DNA of 64,000 nt from assembly GCA_011525365.1 (NCBI GenBank), contig WTGQ01000002.1:2993948-3057947 (forward strand), given 5' to 3'. Position 1 is the stretch's first letter. The number at the start of each line of letters is the position of its first letter. Shown in pieces: positions 36,681 through 46,256 of this stretch. A program made the position numbers and the translations under genes. The DNA is from Acidobacteriota bacterium (GTDB taxonomy: Bacteria; Acidobacteriota; Thermoanaerobaculia; Multivoradales; Multivoraceae). Below the pieces are notes generated by a model. That model was not told the origin of the DNA and ran no database searches. It saw only the letters and a list, made by a program, of their open reading frames with translations.

Positions 36681-37082
36681 TCAACCGCGGAGCAGCAGCT
36701 GTTGAACTTCCTCAGACAGAGTCACCGGCCGCCCGGCCCGCGTGTCGAGCAACACCCAGCGGTGGGTGAACCTGGCGATCTCGCGGCCGTCGGCCGCGGA
36801 GAGGACCTCGAAGTCCTGGTCGAAGCCGCGTTCGGTCGCCTCCGTCGTGCTGACCCGGATCCGAGCGCCCTCCTGCCAGCGGAGCGGCGAGAAGTAGGTA
36901 GCCGTCGTCGACCGCTGCACCGCGTAGACGTGCTCGGGTTTCAATCCGGCATCGATGCCGCAGTGCCGCTCGAACCGGGCATAGGCCATCTCGGTCAACG
37001 CCAGCAGCACGCCGGCGTGGACGAAGCCAGTGGCGGCGAAGCAGTCGCTGTGTCTGGTCTCGAACCCGGTCTCGAAGGTCAC
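36681..37082 (-). CDS. Hotdog-fold acyl-CoA thioesterase (4HBT-like)
   Basis: VTFETGFETRHSDCFAATGFVHAGVLLALTEMAYARFERHCG... GTG 37082 lies 10 nt after the upstream stop. The track ORF to 37448 overlaps the upstream gene. Confidence 0.7.
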   Translation of the reverse strand: MTFETGFETRHSDCFAATGFVHAGVLLALTEMAYARFERHCGIDAGLKPEHVYAVQRSTTATYFSPLRWQEGARIRVSTTEATERGFDQDFEVLSAADGREIARFTHRWVLLDTRAGRPVTLSEEVQQLLLRG

Positions 37083-37092
37083 CCGAGAGGTC

Positions 37093-38730
37093 TCACGCGG
37101 AGGCGGCGACGAACTCTCGCGCCTCGGCAAGCTCCTTCGGTTCAGTCGCGCCTGCCCATACCTCAAGCAGCCTCTGGTACGACTCGGAAGCGGCGGCCTT
37201 GTCGCCCGCCGCCGACTGCGCGCGGGCCAGCCCCAGCAAGGTACGCGGCCGGTTGGGGGTGTAGAGCAACTGGTCTTCGAACTGCGCGATCGCGTCCTCC
37301 GGGCGTTCGAGCTGCAGCAGCACCTCGCCGTAGAGTTCCCGGATCGGCTTGATCGGCGACGCCGCGCCGCGCGGCGGCCCCATCGTCGATGCGATCGCCA
37401 GTCCCTTGTCGAACAGTTCGACCGCGCCGTCGGCGTCGCCCTCGGCAAGCCGGATCAGGCCGGCGACCTCGTGGTGCATCACCTGGGCGGGCTTGGGCCC
37501 GCGCTGGAACGTCGAGCTGTCGCCGCTCTGCCGCTCGCCCGCCTTCTTGAGCCGCGCGGCGGCTTCACGGGCCAGGTCGAGTTCGCCGGTGTGGACCGCC
37601 GAGATCCCGGTCGCCAGCAGCTCCGAGCGGGACGTGTCGTCCGTGATCTCGCGCGTCTCCCACTCCTCCGTCTCCACGATGTAGCGCGCGCGCACCAGGG
37701 GTACGGTGCCCATGCCCCTGCCCGTATCGTCGGTGCGCTCGACCAGGTCGTCGAGTTCGGCGATCCACTCGCGGGCCTTGGCGTAGTCGCCGCGCTGCAG
37801 GTCGCCGTACTGCCCCCAGTCCAGGGAGTGGACCATGTCGCCGACCCGCTCGCCCGGATCCCACAGGGCCACCGCCGCCTCGTAGGCGGAGTCGTTCGAC
37901 TGCGACACGCGGTCCCACATGCCGCGCTGGATGAAGATGTGCGACGGCATGTGCCGGGCGTGCGAGACGGCGGCCGCGATATCGGCGAAGCGGTAGGCCG
38001 CCGGCAGCGCCAGCGGCGCGTGCACCGGATCGTCGAAGGCGTGGATGATGTAGTGGGCGGCACCGGGGTGATCCGGGTTGCGCTCGAAGACTCCAAGCGC
38101 GATCGATCCGGCCAGGACGTTCAGCCGGAAGGAGTCGTCGCCGAGCGGGCCGACCGCCTGCAGCAGCGACAGGGCATAGAACGCGGCCACTTCGTCGTCG
38201 TCCGAATACTGCTCGTAGAGCCGCTCCATTGCTTCCATGTAGGCGATCCGGCGCTCGGCGAGCTCCCCCTCGTCGAACAGGTCCTCGACCGCGGCCAGGA
38301 AGCCGCGCTCGCGTTCGTCACCAGCCTTGGCCGCCCGTTCCTCGCGCGTGGCGCCCAGTCGCTTCAAGGCGTCGCGGGGCGACTCGAGATCCCGCTCCGG
38401 CAGCAGCGGGTGGTTGTAGGTCAGCGTCTCGCCCCAGTAGGCGAGAGCGAAGTCGGGCTCGATCTCCTGCGCCGCTTGAAACTGCTCCCGCGCCTGCTCG
38501 TACCCGAAGCTGTGGAGAATCGCGACGCCGCGGATGAAGTGCTTCTGCGCTTCCTCGCCCGCCGACGTCGGGAAATCGATCGATCCGACGTCGACCGAGG
38601 CGTCGAAGTCGGACACGTCGGTGGCGGCTTCCGCCTCCGAACCGCCGCTGACGGCGCAACCGGCTACCGCCAGCAAGACCGTCGGAACTACGATGAGGGC
38701 TGCGATCAGGGACTCTCTTCGGATCATCAT
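37093..38730 (-). CDS. TPR-like helical-repeat lipoprotein, function unknown
   Basis: MMIRRESLIAALIVVPTVLLAVAGC lipobox. ATG 38730 is preceded by AGGAG. Helical repeats (AQKHFIRGVAILHSFGYEQAREQFQAAQEIEPDFALAYWG...). The remaining 645 codons of the 1190-aa track ORF are a shadow of the plus-strand gene. Confidence 0.7.
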   Translation of the reverse strand: MMIRRESLIAALIVVPTVLLAVAGCAVSGGSEAEAATDVSDFDASVDVGSIDFPTSAGEEAQKHFIRGVAILHSFGYEQAREQFQAAQEIEPDFALAYWGETLTYNHPLLPERDLESPRDALKRLGATREERAAKAGDERERGFLAAVEDLFDEGELAERRIAYMEAMERLYEQYSDDDEVAAFYALSLLQAVGPLGDDSFRLNVLAGSIALGVFERNPDHPGAAHYIIHAFDDPVHAPLALPAAYRFADIAAAVSHARHMPSHIFIQRGMWDRVSQSNDSAYEAAVALWDPGERVGDMVHSLDWGQYGDLQRGDYAKAREWIAELDDLVERTDDTGRGMGTVPLVRARYIVETEEWETREITDDTSRSELLATGISAVHTGELDLAREAAARLKKAGERQSGDSSTFQRGPKPAQVMHHEVAGLIRLAEGDADGAVELFDKGLAIASTMGPPRGAASPIKPIRELYGEVLLQLERPEDAIAQFEDQLLYTPNRPRTLLGLARAQSAAGDKAAASESYQRLLEVWAGATEPKELAEAREFVAASA

Positions 38731-38832
38731 CGGACTCCTTCCAGCCGGGTTCGGGTGCTCCGGCGATGCGAGACTCTGTGCTCCACCGTGACTAAGCTCG
38801 ATCCCCAAGAATAGCGCCGATTCCGAACCTCG

Positions 38833-41340
38833 ATGTCGAACCTTGATGCACGTGGACGAGGGACCGCGGCCTTCGTCGTCCTGCTCGCCGTTGCGACCCA
38901 ACCCGGTCTGGCCCAGCCGCCGGACATCGGCGACGGCTGGGCCCGCTCCGTCCCGGCGCACCAGGGTCTGGACCAGGGAGCCGTCCAGGACATCCTCGAC
39001 CGCGTCGGCGCCCGCGCCGAGTTCCAGACCGTGCGCGGGATCGTCATCGTCCGCCACGGGACCCTGGTCGCCGAGACCTACTTCGGCGGCTTCACGAACA
39101 CGACGCTCAAGAACGTCCACTCCGTCAGCAAGAGCGTGACCTCGCTGGCGACCGGCATCGCGCTCGACCGCGGCCTCATTACCACCATCGACGCCAGGCT
39201 GGCGGATCTCATTCCGCACTACGCCCACCGCCTCTCGGAGGCGCCGAAGAACCGGCTGACGCTGCGCCACGCCCTGACGATGACCGCCGGCCTGGCGTGG
39301 AACGACACAGACCAGGCGTTCTGGAACAACCCCGACAGCGTCGACTACGTGCTGACACGGGACGTGGTGGCCCAACCCGGCGCCGAGTTCTTCTACTCGA
39401 GCGGCCTCTCCCACGTGATCGCCGAAGTGAACAACCGCGCTACCGGGCAGACCCACCTCACCTTCGTCCGGAAACACCTGTTCGAACCGCTGGGCATCCA
39501 CACTGCAACCTGGGACCCGGATCTCAGCGGCCGCCACTGGGGCGGAACCGGTCTCCGCATCCGGCCCCGCGACATGGCGAAGATCGGCCAGCTCGCCCTG
39601 CAGGAGGGCCTCTGGGAGGGCCGGCGCCTCGTCTCCCGCGAGTGGATCGCGGAGTCCACAGGCAGCCAGACCGGCGGCATCGCCGGCGCGCCGAACTACG
39701 GCTACCAGTGGTGGATCAGGCCTCGGGGGCGCTACCTCGCACACGGCTACAACGGCCAGTACGTCGGCGTCGATCCGGAGGCGGATGTCGTGATGACGAT
39801 GATCACCCTCTCGGAGCGCTCGCCCCGACCCCAGGAGACGTTCCGCAGCTACTTCGAGGAACTGCAGGACCTGGCCCGAGCCGCGATCCGGCCGGAGCGG
39901 CGGGGCCGGTTCACCGCCACAGCCGCGGCCGCGACCGACGGCAGCGGTCCGGGAGCGATCACGATCGAGATCAGGCGGGAGGGCGGAAGCGACGGAGCGG
40001 CAACTCTCGCCTACCGCGCCCGCAACGGCAGCGCCCGCGCCGGCCGCGACTTTCGCCGTACCGAAGGCGAACTTCGCTGGGAGCACGGCGACGCGTCGCC
40101 CCGCACCGTCCGCCTGCCGCTGCTCCCGAACGCCACCAGTATCGAGCCGCGCGACCTCCGCTTCGAGTTCGAGGCGATGAGCGGCGGCATCGACGCTCCC
40201 CGACGCATGAGAATCCGGATCGACCCCGGCGGCGAGCCCGCGAACCCCGCCGGTTCGATCGAGTTCACCGCCCCGGCCTTCGTCGGCCAGGAGGGCGGCC
40301 TCGCCACGGTGACGGTCGAGCGGCGAGGCGGGACGGAGGGTGATGTCGCGGTCGACTACCGCACGGAGCCCCGTTCGGCCGAAGAAACGGACTTCGGCGG
40401 CGTCGCCGGCCGTCTGGCCTGGCGGCACGGCGAATCGGGCCCGCGCGATGTCAAGGTGCCCCTCATGGTGGACGGCGAGGTCGAGCGAAGCGAACTGTTC
40501 GACTTCACGTTGAGCGGCGTCGACGGCGGCGCCGACCTGCCGGAGGCCCGCGCCGTGGGAGTCATCCAGGACATGACCGCGGCCGCGGGCTGCGCGGAGA
40601 ACGACGGCGCGATCTGTCTCGCCGGAGGTCGCTTCCGGGTCGAAGCCGAGTGGGAGTCCCAGCACGACGGCGAGCGCGGCACCGGCTCGCTCAGCCGGCT
40701 GAGCGACGAGAGCGGCATCGCCACCTTCTTCTCACCTGACAACGTGGAAGTGGTCGTGAAGATCCTCGACGGCAGCGGCATCAACGGTCACCGCTGGGTG
40801 TTCTACGGCGCCCTTTCCGACGTCGAGTACTGGTTGACCGTGACCGACACGCTGCAGGACCGGGTCGTGGTCTACCGGAATCCTCCCGGGGAGGTGTGCG
40901 GCCGAGGCGACACAATGGCCTTTGCCGAACCCGCGGGTGCAACCGGGGCCTCGATAGCGAGCAGTCCCGGTGAGGTCCCGGCTCGAGCGAGCGAAACAGA
41001 GGGCGACTGCGCGCCCGATGCGCTCTGCCTTCTCGACGGCCGGTTCGAGATCACTGCCGTCTGGACGAACGCCGACGGTGAGACCGGCGCGGCCTCGCCC
41101 TTGCCGGGCACCGACGCCACGGGCTACATGTCCTTCTTCTCGCCCGGCAACATCGAACTGGCGGTGAAGGTGCTGGACGGCCGGACCCACAACAACGCCT
41201 TCTGGCTCTTCGCCGCCGGCCTCACCGACGTCGACTACCGGCTGACGGTGGCGGATAAGGTCACCGGCGCCTCGCGCACGTACACGAATCCGAGGCGCGC
41301 CTTCTGCGGCCTCGCCGATACGTCCGCGTTTCCTCAGTAG
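38833..41340 (+). CDS. Secreted serine hydrolase (beta-lactamase/transpeptidase-like) fused to two Calx-beta domains and two copies of an unassigned Cys-bracketed domain
   Basis: S-x-x-K (SVSKS), YSSG, HGYNG motifs. Calx-beta-like segments (ATLAYRARNGSARAGRDFRRTEGELRW; DVAVDYRTEPRSAEETDFGGVAGRLAW). Tandem C-terminal repeat described in findings. Confidence 0.85.
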   Translation: MSNLDARGRGTAAFVVLLAVATQPGLAQPPDIGDGWARSVPAHQGLDQGAVQDILDRVGARAEFQTVRGIVIVRHGTLVAETYFGGFTNTTLKNVHSVSKSVTSLATGIALDRGLITTIDARLADLIPHYAHRLSEAPKNRLTLRHALTMTAGLAWNDTDQAFWNNPDSVDYVLTRDVVAQPGAEFFYSSGLSHVIAEVNNRATGQTHLTFVRKHLFEPLGIHTATWDPDLSGRHWGGTGLRIRPRDMAKIGQLALQEGLWEGRRLVSREWIAESTGSQTGGIAGAPNYGYQWWIRPRGRYLAHGYNGQYVGVDPEADVVMTMITLSERSPRPQETFRSYFEELQDLARAAIRPERRGRFTATAAAATDGSGPGAITIEIRREGGSDGAATLAYRARNGSARAGRDFRRTEGELRWEHGDASPRTVRLPLLPNATSIEPRDLRFEFEAMSGGIDAPRRMRIRIDPGGEPANPAGSIEFTAPAFVGQEGGLATVTVERRGGTEGDVAVDYRTEPRSAEETDFGGVAGRLAWRHGESGPRDVKVPLMVDGEVERSELFDFTLSGVDGGADLPEARAVGVIQDMTAAAGCAENDGAICLAGGRFRVEAEWESQHDGERGTGSLSRLSDESGIATFFSPDNVEVVVKILDGSGINGHRWVFYGALSDVEYWLTVTDTLQDRVVVYRNPPGEVCGRGDTMAFAEPAGATGASIASSPGEVPARASETEGDCAPDALCLLDGRFEITAVWTNADGETGAASPLPGTDATGYMSFFSPGNIELAVKVLDGRTHNNAFWLFAAGLTDVDYRLTVADKVTGASRTYTNPRRAFCGLADTSAFPQ

Positions 41341-41353
41341 CGTTCTACGTCGC

Positions 41354-42217
41354 ATGAGACTCACACGCCGATGCGCCGTTGCCGTGCGCCTGCTCGCCGC
41401 GCTGGCAACCGCGACCGCACTGACGCCGCCCGCAGCGGGCCAGGTGAACACGGAGAGCATGCGCGTCGGCGCCGAGGAGCCGGGATGGGCCAGCACGATC
41501 GACCTCAGTTCCTCCCTCCAGCGAGGCAACACGGAGCGCGACATTCTCGGCGCCGGCGCCCGCGTCCAGTACGCCTGGATGCACCCCAACGGGGTGTCCG
41601 ACCCGGGCGAGGCGGAGTCGACTGAAGGCGAGGACGCCCCGAACCGTCCCACCAACGTCATCTTCCTGACGACGAACTACTCCTTCACCCGGCTGAACGA
41701 GAACCGTTTCGTCAACAACGCGCTGAGCCACCTGCGCTTCATCCGCGAACACAGCGCCCGCTTCTCGTACGAGGTGTTCGGTCAGCACCAGTTCAACGAG
41801 TTCACCCGGCTCGAACAGCGGCTCCTGTTCGGAGGCGGCGGCCGCTTCCAGGTGCTCGAGGCGCCGCGCGCCGAGGTCTTCCTCGGCACCGGCTACATGC
41901 TCGAGCGGGAGACACTCGATCTCCCCGCTGAACTCTCCGACGCGCGGCGCAGCGAACACCACCGGTCCACCAACTACCTGACCGTCCGCTACAACAGCAG
42001 GGAGGAACGCCTCCGCCTGGTCGAGACCCTCTACTTCCAGACCCGGTTCGACCGGGTCGAGGACTACCGCGTACTCTCCGAGACCTCGTTCGAGATTCAG
42101 CTCCTCCGCCGCCTCGCCCTGGCGATCAACCTGAACGTCGCCCACGACAGCGAGCCGCCCACCGGCGTCAAGGAGACGGACGTGGTGCTGTCGAACTCGC
42201 TGCGGTACTCGTTCTAG
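41354..42217 (+). CDS. DUF481 family outer-membrane beta-barrel protein
   Basis: Signal peptide, SSLQRGNTERD motif, alternating beta-strand pattern, C-terminal aromatic residue (RYSF). Confidence 0.75.
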   Translation: MRLTRRCAVAVRLLAALATATALTPPAAGQVNTESMRVGAEEPGWASTIDLSSSLQRGNTERDILGAGARVQYAWMHPNGVSDPGEAESTEGEDAPNRPTNVIFLTTNYSFTRLNENRFVNNALSHLRFIREHSARFSYEVFGQHQFNEFTRLEQRLLFGGGGRFQVLEAPRAEVFLGTGYMLERETLDLPAELSDARRSEHHRSTNYLTVRYNSREERLRLVETLYFQTRFDRVEDYRVLSETSFEIQLLRRLALAINLNVAHDSEPPTGVKETDVVLSNSLRYSF

Positions 42218-42241
42218 GAACCTGACGAAACTGAAGCACCC

Positions 42242-42265
42242 GGAGCAGACTGCTGGATCTGCTCC
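42242..42265. terminator. 8-bp hairpin GGAGCAGA-N8-TCTGCTCC downstream of the DUF481 gene
   Basis: Perfect stem seen directly, in a convergent intergenic region. No U-tract. Confidence 0.3.
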
Positions 42266-42328
42266 GCCTACAACGTAAGACGGCCGGCCCCGAAGGACCG
42301 GCCATCAAACTGCGTCTGGCCGAGCTGC

Positions 42329-44065
42329 CTACTCGCCGCCGCCCGCGGAGATCATCAGCACCGAGCCCTGACGGTGCTCGGCGTGACGGGACGGAGCGTT
42401 CGAGTTCGTGGTCCAGGCGTTGCCTTCCTCGTCGAACTCGATCTCGCGGGTGTAGGTGACCATCATCGGCATCCGGTACTCGACGAACTGCTCCGTCTTC
42501 GGATCGAAGCGAAGCATCGAGTCGGTGCCGGTGCCGGTGATCCAGACCTCGCCGTTGGTCGGGTTGATGTTCAGCGCGTAGGGCAGCGAGTTCGGGCCAT
42601 GCGGCAGGTCGTAGACCTTCCACTCTTCCGTCTCCTCGTTGAACGACGCGACATCGCCCGAAGCCCAGCCCGGCACCCAGACGATGCCGTCGGGGGCCAC
42701 GTGCAGACGGCGCGGACCGTGCACCGGCGGCCGCCACTCGACGATCCGCTCCGGATCGCCGGCATCGAGCTGCGGGCGGATCCGGCCGACGCGCTGGCCA
42801 TTCAGCTTGCTGTAGAAGACGTGGCCGTTTGGCGCCACGTCGATGCCGTACGGGGTCACGCCGCGGGACTCACCGCGGGCGCCGCCGCCGCGGACCTGGT
42901 CCTTGGTCGGCAGCTTGTACTCGGTGACTTCCCACCGCTTGCCGTCCCAGGTCTCGGGATCGAGCGACATGACGCCGACGCCGTTCGGGCTTCCGGCGTC
43001 GGTCCACCAGAGGATCCCGTCAGGCGCGAAGCGCAGGGTGTGCGGGTAGCCGCCGCGCGGGCGCGGAGCGGTGCGGCCGGAGCCGATCCGCCATTCCTTC
43101 GTCTCGACATCGAACTCACCCATCTGGCCCGAGTAGGCGAGAGTGACCCACATGTTGCCGTCCTCGGCCTTTTCGATCGAGTGGATACCCGAGGTCGGGG
43201 TGGACGGCGACAGATAGTCCTTGCCGCCAGGGACCGTGTAGAAGGCTCGCTCACCGGTGACCGGGTCGAGCGTCTCGATCACGTCCTGGGCCATGTCGAC
43301 GGTGTAGACGAGGCCGTCGTCGCCCAGCTCGAGGTCGTGGATCACGGCGCCGGCCTGGTCGCCCATCAGCCACTCGCGAACCTCGCCCTTGAGCGATTCG
43401 CCAGACGGCGCCTCAGGCGGCTCGAAGTTCGTCCAGTTCTCTTCCGCGTCGCGGCCGTAGACGTCCACGATCTTGTCGACCAGGATGTCCTGGGTGTGCT
43501 TGTACAGACCCTGGAAGCCGTCCATCCGGGTCAGCATGACCTCCCAGTCGACCGGCTCTTCGGGTGAACGGAAGCCGACGGTGCCGACCTGGTGGCAGTA
43601 GGCGCACATCATCTTGAAGTTCAGCGCGTCCGCCTCGTCCTCCCACTCCATCATGTTCATCAGGTCGTGCGCCGGGCGCTGCGACTGCAGGGCCCAACCC
43701 TCGGCCTGGCGCAGCCGCACCTGGATCGGGGTCGGCTCGGTCGTCTCCTTGAGGTCCTTCCACTCGTCGAGCCAGCCGGTCAGACGGACGCGGAGCTTGT
43801 ACTTGCCGGAGGGGACGGCGGGCAGCTTGTAGGTGCCGTCCGGCTGACTGTAGACCGAGATGCTGCGCTGTTCGTCGGTCGAGAACAGCGACACGGTGGC
43901 GCCGCGAATCGGCTCACCGTCGTTGCCGACAACCGAGCCCGTGTAGACGGTCAGCGGTGCGTCGAGGTTGTTTGCGTTCGGGGCGGCCGCGACGGTCGCG
44001 GACGCGACGAGCGCGAGGACTGCGAAGCTGGTCATTGCGACCAGGGACGGAGCGGGTCGGGACAT
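42329..44065 (-). CDS. Secreted CarboxypepD_reg-like domain plus haem-c (CxxCH) segment plus Vgb-like beta-propeller protein
   Basis: Signal peptide. GSVVGNDGEPIRGATVSLF...GKYKLRVRLTGW. CAYCH. Repeated propeller blades (GLVYTVDM, GNMWVTLAYSG, GILWWTDAG, GHVFYSKLNG, GIVWVPGWASG, GEVWITGTGT, GNAWTTNSN). Confidence 0.75.
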   Translation of the reverse strand: MSRPAPSLVAMTSFAVLALVASATVAAAPNANNLDAPLTVYTGSVVGNDGEPIRGATVSLFSTDEQRSISVYSQPDGTYKLPAVPSGKYKLRVRLTGWLDEWKDLKETTEPTPIQVRLRQAEGWALQSQRPAHDLMNMMEWEDEADALNFKMMCAYCHQVGTVGFRSPEEPVDWEVMLTRMDGFQGLYKHTQDILVDKIVDVYGRDAEENWTNFEPPEAPSGESLKGEVREWLMGDQAGAVIHDLELGDDGLVYTVDMAQDVIETLDPVTGERAFYTVPGGKDYLSPSTPTSGIHSIEKAEDGNMWVTLAYSGQMGEFDVETKEWRIGSGRTAPRPRGGYPHTLRFAPDGILWWTDAGSPNGVGVMSLDPETWDGKRWEVTEYKLPTKDQVRGGGARGESRGVTPYGIDVAPNGHVFYSKLNGQRVGRIRPQLDAGDPERIVEWRPPVHGPRRLHVAPDGIVWVPGWASGDVASFNEETEEWKVYDLPHGPNSLPYALNINPTNGEVWITGTGTDSMLRFDPKTEQFVEYRMPMMVTYTREIEFDEEGNAWTTNSNAPSRHAEHRQGSVLMISAGGGE

Positions 44066-44184
44066 GGGACCTCCTGTGCCTCCTTGAGGGTAGCTTGGGG
44101 TGCAGTTGGACGGGACTATACAAGACGAGGCCCCGTCCGGATCCTCGAAGCGCGAGCGCCGGGACCCCGATGTAATCTCCGCCG

Positions 44185-45627
44185 ATGCAGGAGCGTCCGG
44201 GGGCCGACCGTCTCGACCGCTTCGCCGAGAATCCGCGGCGGGCGCTGTGGCTATTGGCGATGCCGATCCTGATCGGCATGTCGATCCAGACGCTCTACAT
44301 GATCGTCGACATGTTCTTCGTCGGCCGGGTGAGCCCGGAGGCGCTGACCGCGCTGGCCTTCAACATGCCGCTCGTGTTCCTGGCGATGGGCGTGACCTTC
44401 GGCCTGGGCACCGGCATCACCGCGGTGATCGCGCAGGCGATCGGCGCCCGCGACCGGGTGCGCGCCGACCGCGCCGCCGAGCACTCGGTGCTGATCGGCG
44501 CCCTGGTCGCCGCGCTGACGACCGGTTCGGCGCTCGCCTTCGGCATTCCCCTGCTCCACGCGCTCGGCGTACCGGGCGAACTCGTACCCCAGGCCTGGAG
44601 CTATTTCCGCGTGCTGGCCTGCGGCTACCCATTCATGATCCTGGCCGTCTTCTTCCGGTCGATTCTTTCGGGCGAAGGCAACGTGAAGACGCCGGTAATT
44701 GTCCAGGGCGCCGCCACCGTGCTGAACATCGCCCTCGACCCGCTGTTCATCTTCACCTTCGGCCTGGGCGTGGCCGGCGCCGCCCTGGCGACGATCGTCA
44801 GCCAGGCGGCAGCCGCCCTGGTCTTCGTCTACCTGCTGTTCGTGGCCAAGCTCTCCTACGTCCGCTTCGACCTCCGGAACTTCCGCTACGACAGCGCGAT
44901 TGTCCGCAGCATCTGCGTCATCGGCCTGCCCGCCTCCCTGTCGTTCCTCGTCATGTCGCTCGGTGGCGGCGTGCTCAACCGCATCCTGGTCGAGCACACG
45001 CCGGATGCGGTGGCCGCGCTCCAGATCGGCAGCCGCCTCGACCACGTCGTCATCCTGCCCCAGGTCGCGATCGCTTCCGGCCTGGTGACCCTGGTCGGCA
45101 TGTTCTACGGCGCGCGCCGGGGCGACCTGCTGCGGGAGATCGTCCGTTACGCGATGGTGCGGACGATCCTGCTCAGCATCGCGATCGCCGCGGCGTTCTA
45201 CGTCCTGGCGCCCGGCCTCGTCGCCTTCTTCACCGACAGTCCCGGCATCCGCACACTCGGCGTCGACTACCTGCGGGTGGTCGTCTTCGCCTATCCCTTC
45301 ATCGGCGTTTCCATCCTCACCGGCCGCAGCCTGCAGGGCCTTGGGCGCGGCTCCCCGGAACTCTGGCTGTCCCTCCTGCGAGTCATCCTGATCACCGCGC
45401 CCCTGGCCTGGGCAGCGACGTTCTGGCTGCGCGGGCCGGTGGAATGGGTCTGGTACTCGTCGCTGATCGGCACCGTCATCTCGGCCTCGATCGCGCTCGT
45501 CTGGCTCGCAGCCGGCCTGCGCGAGGCAATCGCCAGGATCGGCCGTGGCGAGTCTCCGCTCGGCGCTGCCGCCGGCGCTGGAGAACTGTCGGTGGATAGT
45601 GCGACCGAGGCGCCCGAGCCCGCATGA
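44185..45627 (+). CDS. MATE family efflux transporter
   Basis: ALWLLAMPILIGMSIQTLYMIVDMFFVGRV and 12 hydrophobic spans. 480 aa. Confidence 0.9.
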   Translation: MQERPGADRLDRFAENPRRALWLLAMPILIGMSIQTLYMIVDMFFVGRVSPEALTALAFNMPLVFLAMGVTFGLGTGITAVIAQAIGARDRVRADRAAEHSVLIGALVAALTTGSALAFGIPLLHALGVPGELVPQAWSYFRVLACGYPFMILAVFFRSILSGEGNVKTPVIVQGAATVLNIALDPLFIFTFGLGVAGAALATIVSQAAAALVFVYLLFVAKLSYVRFDLRNFRYDSAIVRSICVIGLPASLSFLVMSLGGGVLNRILVEHTPDAVAALQIGSRLDHVVILPQVAIASGLVTLVGMFYGARRGDLLREIVRYAMVRTILLSIAIAAAFYVLAPGLVAFFTDSPGIRTLGVDYLRVVVFAYPFIGVSILTGRSLQGLGRGSPELWLSLLRVILITAPLAWAATFWLRGPVEWVWYSSLIGTVISASIALVWLAAGLREAIARIGRGESPLGAAAGAGELSVDSATEAPEPA

Positions 45628-46256
45628 GTGGAGCCTCCCTCTGCGCCGCCGTCTTGTGGTGCGCGGCCCTGACCGCCGGCGCCGCGACCGCCCAGGACTG
45701 CCCCGGCCCCGAACTCCACGGCCTCTTCCCCCAGGACATCTACGTCTTCCGCGGCTTCGTGACCGAAGCGGCCGCGCTGCCGCTGGAAGAAGGTGGCGCC
45801 TTCCAGCTCGAGGTCCAGGTCGAGGACGCCGTTCACCTTCCCCGGCCGCGCTCGCGCTACGCCGTGACCGTCGAGACTACGGACCAGAACTGCGCGAATC
45901 GGCCCCTCACCGCGCGAGAACTGCGCGACCGTTTCGCCGTCGGCGACGAGGTCAAGATCGTCGCCCACGAGACTCCCGGATCGACGCGGTCCCTGGTGGC
46001 GCCCTTCCACCGGGTCGCCCTGGTCATGGCCGAAGCCGGCGAAACGGACCTGATCAAGAACGACTTCGACTACTACGACGCCCTGCTCGAGCTCGACGCG
46101 CGGTTCGCAGACACCGAGAAGTTCTCGCTCGTCTCGCAGATGGGCCGTTACCTGCCTTCGAGGGACGACTTCAGGCGGCTGCTCGAGGAGCAGATCCAGG
46201 AGCGGCGCTTCCGCCGCCAGTTACTCGATCTCTACGACGCGCTCAGGGAGCCGTAG
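45624..46256 (+). CDS. Hypothetical secreted protein
   Basis: ATGA overlap with the MATE stop. Signal peptide (ASLCAAVLWCAALTAGAATAQD). Protein-like composition. I recognise no family. Confidence 0.5.
   Translation: MSGASLCAAVLWCAALTAGAATAQDCPGPELHGLFPQDIYVFRGFVTEAAALPLEEGGAFQLEVQVEDAVHLPRPRSRYAVTVETTDQNCANRPLTARELRDRFAVGDEVKIVAHETPGSTRSLVAPFHRVALVMAEAGETDLIKNDFDYYDALLELDARFADTEKFSLVSQMGRYLPSRDDFRRLLEEQIQERRFRRQLLDLYDALREP

Noticed and set aside
38731-40665. Upper 645 codons of the 1190-aa minus-strand track ORF (37093..40665)
   Set aside because: Arg/Gly/Ala/Pro-rich with no recognisable domains, and it lies antisense to a well-supported plus-strand serine-hydrolase gene. The real minus-strand gene starts at ATG 38730, which has an AGGAG SD and a lipoprotein signal.
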